Shown here: in pieces, positions 58,286 through 64,000 of the stretch
How the letters are laid out: the number at the start of each line of letters is the position of its first letter
Numbering within the stretch: the first letter of the stretch is position 1
From: Alphaproteobacteria bacterium
GTDB taxonomy: Bacteria > Pseudomonadota > Alphaproteobacteria > Micropepsales > Micropepsaceae
Direction: 5' to 3'
Length of the DNA: 64,000 nt
Assembly: GCA_947473475.1 (NCBI GenBank)
Contig: CANJBZ010000009.1
Location: forward strand, 21,919 to 85,918
Program-made: the position numbers and the translations under genes
Notes under the pieces: generated by a model
The model's database searches: none
What the model saw: only the letters and a program-made list of their open reading frames with translations
What the model was told of the DNA's origin: nothing

Positions 58286-58605
58286 TGCGCTTTCTCCTGG
58301 GTACGGAGCAATTCACGTTTGACGGCGTCGGCGAGGCCGAAGCCTCCCTGGCCGGCAATCGTCTTGGAATAACTGTCGATCATCATGGAGCGGAAGATGC
58401 CCTCGCCCGGTCCGCCGCCGAAGGGACCATCCGTCTGGATGCCCTCGAACATGGAACCGAGCATTTCGTTGATGAACACCGCCTCGAAATCCTTGGCCAC
58501 TTTCGTGGCTTGATCGGCGTTGGTGATTTTGACGTTGCCGGGTGTCTTGGCGCGCGCCAGCGCCGCCGTGACCTGCAGATCGATCGGTGCGCTCAGGCCG
58601 CTCAT
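58282..58605 (-). CDS. flagellar rod-binding protein (FlgJ N-terminal domain / CheL-like)
   Basis: 107 aa starting MSGLSAPIDL. AKDFEAVFINEMLGSMF and GGFGLADAV are the rod-binding (FlgJ_N) motifs. The start overlaps the flgI stop (ATGA). The 466-aa track ORF is an artefactual extension. Confidence 0.85.
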   Translation of the reverse strand: MSGLSAPIDLQVTAALARAKTPGNVKITNADQATKVAKDFEAVFINEMLGSMFEGIQTDGPFGGGPGEGIFRSMMIDSYSKTIAGQGGFGLADAVKRELLRTQEKAQ

Positions 58606-59723
58606 CCGATCACCTCGATTTCGGCCTGCAAGGCGCCGGCCGCTTTGATGGCTTGCAGGATGGAGATCATGTCGCGCGGACCGATGCCCAGCGCATTCAA
58701 ACCATTGACCAGCTCCTGCAGGCTGATGCCGGAATTCAGGACGGCGAAACGCTTGCCGGTGTCTTCGTCGACCTCGATGCCGGTGCGCGGCACAACCGTT
58801 GTCTGACCCTGCTGGGCGAAGGGCTGCGGCTGGCTGACTTGCGGGGTTTCGGTGATGCGGATGGTCAGATTGCCCTGCGCGATGGCAACCGTGGAGATGC
58901 GCACATCCGAGCCCATCACGATGACGCCGGACTGCTCGTCGATCACCACCTTGGCGGGAAGATCCGGTTCGACTTTCAGTTGCTCGATATCGGTCAGCAA
59001 CGACACGATGTCCGCATAGCTGGCGGGCCGGTTGAGCTGCACGGTGGCGGGATTGGTGGCGGTCGCCGCCGTCAGGCCCAGATAGCGGTTGATCGCCTGG
59101 GCCATGCGCTGCGCTGTCGTCAGGTCCGGATTGCGGAGCGACAGGCGCAGGCTTGTCGCCTTCATGAGCGAGTAGCCGACTTCCCGCTCCACAATCGCGC
59201 CGTTGGCGATGCGCCCGGAGGTAGGCACGCCGCGGCTTACACTCGCCGCAGCGCCCTGTACGGAAAATCCGCCAACGGCAATCGAGCCTTGCGCCAAAGC
59301 GAAAGTTTGGCCGTCCGCTGCCAGCAAGGTCGTAGCAAGCAAGGTGCCGCCTTGAAGGCTTTTGGCATCGCCCATGGCGGAAATGGTCACGTCCAGGTGC
59401 GAGCCCTGAACAGCGAACGGTGTAAGATCTGTCGTCACCATTACGGCGGCGACGTTCTTGGTGTTGATCGGGAAACCGCGCGTGTTGACGCCGAGCCGTT
59501 CCAGCATCGTCTGCAGGGTCTGCTGCGTGAACGGGGCGTTCTTCAGAGAATCGCCGGTGTTGTTGAGCCCAACCACCAGGCCGTAGCCAATGAGCATGTT
59601 GGACCGGACGCCTTCGATATCGGCGAGGTCCTTGATCCGCGAAAATGAGAATGCCGGCGGCGGCGCAAGCACGAGAGCGCATGCGAGGGAGACGGAGGCG
59701 AGAAGGGATGAGGTGCGGGCCAT
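58602..59723 (-). CDS. flgI: flagellar P-ring protein FlgI
   Basis: The start MARTSSLLASVSLACALVLA is a signal peptide, followed by RIKDLADIEGVRSNMLIGYGLVVGLNNTGD and the C-terminal ILQAIKAAGALQAEIEVI. Confidence 0.95.
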   Translation of the reverse strand: MARTSSLLASVSLACALVLAPPPAFSFSRIKDLADIEGVRSNMLIGYGLVVGLNNTGDSLKNAPFTQQTLQTMLERLGVNTRGFPINTKNVAAVMVTTDLTPFAVQGSHLDVTISAMGDAKSLQGGTLLATTLLAADGQTFALAQGSIAVGGFSVQGAAASVSRGVPTSGRIANGAIVEREVGYSLMKATSLRLSLRNPDLTTAQRMAQAINRYLGLTAATATNPATVQLNRPASYADIVSLLTDIEQLKVEPDLPAKVVIDEQSGVIVMGSDVRISTVAIAQGNLTIRITETPQVSQPQPFAQQGQTTVVPRTGIEVDEDTGKRFAVLNSGISLQELVNGLNALGIGPRDMISILQAIKAAGALQAEIEVIG

Positions 59724-59754
59724 GAGCTTTCCGGAATTCTTCCGTGCAGCCCCT

Positions 59755-59770
59755 TGCCAGAACCGTGCCG
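59755..59770 (-). promoter_or_regulatory. sigma54-type -24/-12 promoter candidate for flgI
   Basis: The minus strand reads CGGCACGGTTCTGGCA against the consensus TGGCACG-N4-TTGCA. GG and GC are correctly spaced. It lies about 30 nt upstream of the flgI ATG, with GGAAAG as the SD. Confidence 0.45.
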
Positions 59771-59831
59771 GACGATTCTCCAGGAAAAACAGCGGATTAC
59801 CGTGAGAGCGGGCGGGTGTTTCCTGCCTATG

Positions 59832-59846
59832 CGGCAATTCCTGCCG
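59832..59846. promoter_or_regulatory. enhancer-like palindrome CGGCA-N5-TGCCG upstream of the flgI promoter
   Basis: CGGCAATTCCTGCCG has perfect 5-bp inverted arms and lies about 65-75 bp upstream of the -24 element. The motif TGCCGGACG recurs at 59766-59774 and 59842-59850. Confidence 0.35.
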
Positions 59847-59933
59847 GACGTTTTGGGCTGTCGTGGACAGGAGGCGGATGCTTACCTATTTTCCGGAAGC
59901 GCGCGTTCCGATTCAACGCATTGAGTTGCTCCC

Positions 59934-61529
59934 ATGAACGATCAGTCTGCCTCGTCCAAAACCTCAGGCCGGCCTCGGCCTGCCGTGCTTTGCGTGCTGG
60001 ACGGGTGGGGCTGCCGGGAGCCGGAGGTGGACAACGCTATTTCCGCCTCCAAGCACCCCAACTTCATCAAGATGATGCGGGAATGCCCGTTTTCGCTGCT
60101 GGCCACGTCGGGCCGGGCAGTGGGTCTGCCTGATGGGCAGATGGGCAATTCCGAGGTCGGGCACACCAATATCGGCGCCGGGCGTCTTGTCATGCAGGAC
60201 CTGGTGCGGGTCGAAGATGCCGTACGCGACGGCTCGCTGAAGGACCGCCCGGTTCTGAAAGACTTGATTGCCGCGGCGAAGACAGCGGGCGGCGCGGTGC
60301 ATTTGATGGGCCTGCTGTCGCCGGGCGGGGTGCATTCGCATCAGGAACATATGTCCGCCCTGGCGAAAATTCTGAATGATGAAGGCCTGACGGTTGAGGT
60401 CCATGCGTTCCTCGACGGCCGCGATACGCCGCCGCAAAGCGCGCTTGGCTACATCGAGACGTTCGACAAGAGCATCGCGGGACTGAAAGGCGTGCGGATC
60501 GCAACCGTCAGCGGGCGCTATTACGCGATGGACCGCGACAAACGCTGGGACCGCGTTGCCAAGGCCTATGAGGCGCTGGTCGACGCCAAAGGGGCGCGGT
60601 TTGCGGACGCCAAAACCGCCATCGAAAAATCCTATGCCGACGGGACGCATGACGAATTCCTCCTTCCCTGCGCCATTGGCGATTATGCCGGCGTGAAAGA
60701 CGGCGATGCGCTGCTGTTCGCCAATTTCCGGCCCGACCGGGCGCGGGAAATTTCCGCCGCGTTGCTCGATCCCGCGTTCGACGGTTTTACCCGCGCGCGC
60801 GTTCCGCATTTTTCCTGCGCCGCCGGACTGACCCAATATTCCAAGCCGCTGTCCAAGCTGATGACGGCGTTGTTTCCGCCGCAGGATGTCAGCGAAACGC
60901 TGGGCGAAATCTTCGCCGAGCGCGGGTTGAAGCAGCTTCGCATCGCGGAGACGGAAAAATACCCGCACGTGACATTTTTCATGAATGGCGGCCGCGAAAC
61001 GCAATTCGAGGGCGAAGACCGCATTATGGTGCCGAGTCCCAAGGTCGCGACCTATGATTTACAGCCGGAAATGTCGGCCTATGAGGTGACCGCCAAGCTG
61101 GTCGAAGCGATCGATTCGGGAAAATACGACCTCATCATCGCCAATTACGCCAATGCCGACATGGTCGGTCATACCGGCATCATGAACGCCGCGGTGCATG
61201 CGGTGGAAGCGGTGGACGAGTGCCTGGGACGCTTGCGGCAGGCGGTGGAACGGGCGGGAGGCGTGCTGATTGTTACCGCCGATCATGGTAATGTCGAGCA
61301 GATGAAAGACCCTGTAACCGGAGCGCCGCACACGGCACACACGCTGCTCGACGTGCCGTTCATTGTCGTGAACGCGAAGCCGGCCAACGGTCCGTTGCGC
61401 TTAAGTCACGGGCGCTTGGCCGATGTGGCGCCGACGCTGCTGGAACTGGTCAGCCTGCCGCAGCCTCCGCAAATGACCGGCCACTCCTTGATTGTGTACG
61501 AGCCTGCGGCGGCCGGAACCGCGCGGTGA
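59934..61529 (+). CDS. gpmI: 2,3-bisphosphoglycerate-independent phosphoglycerate mutase
   Basis: 531 aa with the motifs VLDGWG, QMGNSEVGHTNIGAGR and TADHGN. Confidence 0.95.
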   Translation: MNDQSASSKTSGRPRPAVLCVLDGWGCREPEVDNAISASKHPNFIKMMRECPFSLLATSGRAVGLPDGQMGNSEVGHTNIGAGRLVMQDLVRVEDAVRDGSLKDRPVLKDLIAAAKTAGGAVHLMGLLSPGGVHSHQEHMSALAKILNDEGLTVEVHAFLDGRDTPPQSALGYIETFDKSIAGLKGVRIATVSGRYYAMDRDKRWDRVAKAYEALVDAKGARFADAKTAIEKSYADGTHDEFLLPCAIGDYAGVKDGDALLFANFRPDRAREISAALLDPAFDGFTRARVPHFSCAAGLTQYSKPLSKLMTALFPPQDVSETLGEIFAERGLKQLRIAETEKYPHVTFFMNGGRETQFEGEDRIMVPSPKVATYDLQPEMSAYEVTAKLVEAIDSGKYDLIIANYANADMVGHTGIMNAAVHAVEAVDECLGRLRQAVERAGGVLIVTADHGNVEQMKDPVTGAPHTAHTLLDVPFIVVNAKPANGPLRLSHGRLADVAPTLLELVSLPQPPQMTGHSLIVYEPAAAGTAR

Positions 61530-62740
61530 GCGGGAAACCCGCCCTTCGTGCCGCATTTCTTGTTGTTCCCATGTTTCTCGCTGTGTCCTCCCCGCAAGCA
61601 GCGCAGCAGCGTCCGCCTGCGAAAAGCGAGTCGCTGTCCGAACGCTACGCCAGGGCGCAGGCCGTACTACTGGAGCAGCGAACCAAAGAAGACGCGACGC
61701 GTGCCGACCGCGACCGGCTGGTGGCCGAAACCGCAGCGTTGCAACAGCGCCTGATCGCCAACGCCGCCAAAGTCCAGGAATTGGAAGCAGAATACGAAAC
61801 GACGTCCGCCGAGCTTTCGCGCCTCAACGCCACGACGCAAACGCTGGAGGCGGACCTTGCCCGTGACCGCAGCCGCGTGACCCACCTTTTGGCCGTGTTG
61901 CAGCGGCTTCAGGGTGAAGAACCCCCGGCTCTGGTGGTCCGGCCGAACGACTCGCTGGCCGCCGCCCGTGGCGCCATGCAGATGGGCGCCATGCTGCCGC
62001 CGGTTTATCGGGAGGCGGCGGACCTCTCCACCAAGCTGAAGACCCTGTCCCAAACCAGGCTCGCCCTCGCAAAAAAAAACGACCAGGCAAAAGCGCAGGG
62101 GGTAAGCCTCACGGCCGCCCGCGCCTCGCTTGACGAGCTTCTGCGGCAGAAGAGCGGTGAGGAAGCCGACGTAGATGCGAAGCTTGCCGACATCCGCTCG
62201 ATAACCGAGGAAGTCAGCCGGGAAGCCAGCGATTTGAAGAGCTTGATCGACCGCGTCGCCACCCTGAGGGCGGCCGGAGGCGCACCGGAAGGCATGAAAC
62301 TCGTCACGCCGGAACGGACGGGGGCTGGCACTTTAGTGCGCGGATCGCTTCTGCGGCCGGTTATTGGAACCGCGGCGCCTGGCGACCCTGCGGGGCCTGG
62401 GCGGACGCCCGGCGCAAACGGACCGTTAGGGCTTTGGTTCGAAACTGCCGGGCGGGCCGAAGCTGTTGCGCCGGGGGATGGCGAGATCGTGTTTGCCGGC
62501 AATTACCAAAAGTTCGGTCAAGTCTTGATAATTGAAATGACTGGCGGTTACCATCTGACGCTGGCTGGCCTCGGACGCATCGATGTCCACATTGGTGATG
62601 CCGTTCTCGCTGGCGAACCGGTAGGAATTCTACCGGAGGGCAGGGCGGCGCGACTTTATATGGAATTGAGACGCAACGGTCAGGCTGTTGATCCGGCGCA
62701 GTGGTTGAGCGCCGAACCTAGAAAGGCAAAGGGAACATGA
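61526..62740 (+). CDS. EnvC-like murein hydrolase activator (coiled coil + degenerate LytM/M23 domain)
   Basis: 404 aa with a signal peptide, a long coiled coil and a C-terminal LytM fold. The metal ligands are absent (LYMELRRNG in place of HLHFE). Confidence 0.8.
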   Translation: MSGKPALRAAFLVVPMFLAVSSPQAAQQRPPAKSESLSERYARAQAVLLEQRTKEDATRADRDRLVAETAALQQRLIANAAKVQELEAEYETTSAELSRLNATTQTLEADLARDRSRVTHLLAVLQRLQGEEPPALVVRPNDSLAAARGAMQMGAMLPPVYREAADLSTKLKTLSQTRLALAKKNDQAKAQGVSLTAARASLDELLRQKSGEEADVDAKLADIRSITEEVSREASDLKSLIDRVATLRAAGGAPEGMKLVTPERTGAGTLVRGSLLRPVIGTAAPGDPAGPGRTPGANGPLGLWFETAGRAEAVAPGDGEIVFAGNYQKFGQVLIIEMTGGYHLTLAGLGRIDVHIGDAVLAGEPVGILPEGRAARLYMELRRNGQAVDPAQWLSAEPRKAKGT

Positions 62741-64000
62741 GAAAGTTCGCATTCGCCAGTGTCGGCGTGGCGGTTGGTTTTGTGAGTGCATTGGCTTTGT
62801 TCCCCGCCGCGCAGGGCGCGACGAATGTTATGTCCGCGTACCGAGAACTCGATCTTTTCGGCGACGCGTTCGAACGCGTGCGCGCCAATTATGTGCGCGA
62901 AGTCGACGACTCCGAACTGATCAACGCGGCGATCAACGGCATGGTCAGCTCGCTCGATCCGCATTCGAGCTACATGGACCCCAAAGAATATGCCGATATG
63001 CAGGTGCAGACGCGCGGCGAATTCGGCGGCCTCGGTCTTGAAGTCTCGCAGGAAGACGGCCTCGTCAAAGTCGTGACGCCGATCGACGATACGCCGGCTT
63101 CGCGCGCGGGCGTGAAGACGGGCGATTTCATCTCCGCCATCGACGGCACCAGCATTCAGGGCATGCCGCTGAATGAAGCGGTCGAGCGCATGCGCGGACC
63201 TGAGAATTCCAAGGTCACGCTCACCATCCTGCGTCAGGGCGAAAAGAAGCCGCTCGAATTGACGCTGACGCGCGCGGTCATTCGCGTCGAAAGCGTGAAG
63301 TACGAGAAAAAAGGCGACATCGGCTACATCCGCATCAGCTCGTTCAGCGAAAAGACCGATGCCGGCTTGCGCAAAGCCATCGCTGACCTGAAGAAGCAGC
63401 TTGGCGGTACATTGCGCGGCTATGTGCTCGATCTGCGCAACGATCCGGGCGGCCTGCTCGATCAGGCGATTGCCGTGTCCGACGATTTCCTCCCGGGCGG
63501 CGAAGTTGTCTCCACCCGCGGCCGAAAGGCGGAAGACACGCAGCGTTACAATGCGCGTGGCGGCGATCTGGCCGACAACAAGCCGATCGTGGTGCTGGTC
63601 AATGAAGGCACCGCGTCCGCCTCGGAAATCGTGGCCGGCGCGCTGCAGGATCATAAGCGCGCGACGATTGTCGGCGTGACCTCCTTCGGCAAGGGCTCGG
63701 TACAAACGATCATTCCGCTGGGCGGACAGCATGGCGGCGCGCTGCGTCTGACGACAGCGCGCTACTACACGCCGTCGGGCCGTTCGATCCAGGCCACGGG
63801 CATCACACCGGACATCGCGGTGTCGAACCTGTCCGAGAAGGAACAGACGGAAGCCGATCAGTTCTCCTCGCGTAGCGAGGCATCGCTGGCCGGTCACCTT
63901 GATGCGGAAGGCGCGCAGCGCAACACCAAGATGCCGACCATTCGTCCGGAAGACGGTAAGAAAGTTGACGACTTCCAGCTCGCTTACGCGCTGGATCGTC
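62737..64000 (+). CDS. ctpA: carboxy-terminal processing protease (S41 family), runs off right edge
   Basis: The ATG at 62737 overlaps the envC-like stop (ATGA). The sequence is MRKFAFASVGVAVGF... with a PDZ region (GLGLEV...VVTPIDDTPASRAGVKTGD) and S41 motifs (DLRNDPGG, GTASASEIVAGALQD). It is open to the window end, so it is not in the ORF track. Confidence 0.9.
   Translation, partial: MRKFAFASVGVAVGFVSALALFPAAQGATNVMSAYRELDLFGDAFERVRANYVREVDDSELINAAINGMVSSLDPHSSYMDPKEYADMQVQTRGEFGGLGLEVSQEDGLVKVVTPIDDTPASRAGVKTGDFISAIDGTSIQGMPLNEAVERMRGPENSKVTLTILRQGEKKPLELTLTRAVIRVESVKYEKKGDIGYIRISSFSEKTDAGLRKAIADLKKQLGGTLRGYVLDLRNDPGGLLDQAIAVSDDFLPGGEVVSTRGRKAEDTQRYNARGGDLADNKPIVVLVNEGTASASEIVAGALQDHKRATIVGVTSFGKGSVQTIIPLGGQHGGALRLTTARYYTPSGRSIQATGITPDIAVSNLSEKEQTEADQFSSRSEASLAGHLDAEGAQRNTKMPTIRPEDGKKVDDFQLAYALDR

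Noticed and set aside
58587-59648. 353-aa plus-strand ORF, together with the 466-aa minus-strand ORF 58282-59682.
   Set aside because: The first is antisense to flgI. The second is an alternate-frame 5' extension of the 107-aa rod-binding gene that runs through flgI. Only its last 107 codons (from the ATG at 58605) show FlgJ_N motifs.
59964-61004. 346-aa minus-strand ORF.
   Set aside because: Antisense to gpmI, which has unambiguous iPGM motifs. The translation is low-complexity and Arg-rich.
62680-63897. 405-aa minus-strand ORF.
   Set aside because: It is exactly antisense to the ctpA-type S41 protease frame, which carries clear PDZ and S41 motifs. The antisense translation is Arg/Ala/Gly-rich with no motifs. 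This is a typical high-GC shadow ORF.

Overview
GC-rich alphaproteobacterial chromosome segment, with Hyphomicrobiales/Caulobacter-like synteny. It is almost entirely housekeeping genes and appears to span the replication-origin neighbourhood. From left to right:

- **Left of the origin:** mnmG (partial) and mnmE, then a redox/membrane block (thioredoxin-domain protein, dienelactone hydrolase, Qor, CDF-like protein, YqhA), then rho-hemJ-hemH-hemE, which read leftwards.
- **Candidate oriC:** a 225-bp AT-rich gap.
- **Right of the origin:** rightward operons of DUF299 kinase-maf-aroE-coaE-dnaQ, then secB, then Tim44-like-mltA-smr-yjbQ.
- **Further core genes:** nth, ada/ogt-like, dapB, grpE-hrcA, rph-rdgB-hemW, lpoA-like / rsmI-yraN-BON, gshB, tsaB-rimI-fur, plsC, miaB-phoH-ybeY-corC-lnt, hisE, gluQRS.
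- **Accessory-looking stretch:** a czcCBA heavy-metal RND operon preceded by secreted NHL and VOC proteins.
- **Right end:** an isolated flgI-cheL-flbY flagellar trio, then gpmI-envC-like-ctpA (partial).

I found no rRNA, tRNA, CRISPR array or intact mobile element. I also could not identify any convincing novel multi-gene system such as a defence, toxin or secretion system.

The observations most worth a second look are:
- the candidate oriC with a DnaA-box-like site, a CtrA-box-like site and several GANTC sites;
- a two-copy palindromic repeat family built from CAC(A/G)AAG heptamers;
- a decayed transposase tail next to gshB;
- the VOC-NHL-czcCBA arrangement next to an apparently 5'-short GT9-like gene;
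- a sigma54-type promoter plus enhancer-like palindrome upstream of flgI;
- a few orphan small proteins.

All calls come from reading the translations and motifs by eye. No database search or computation was run. Many long ORFs in the track are antisense or alternate-frame shadows typical of high-GC DNA, and I rejected them.
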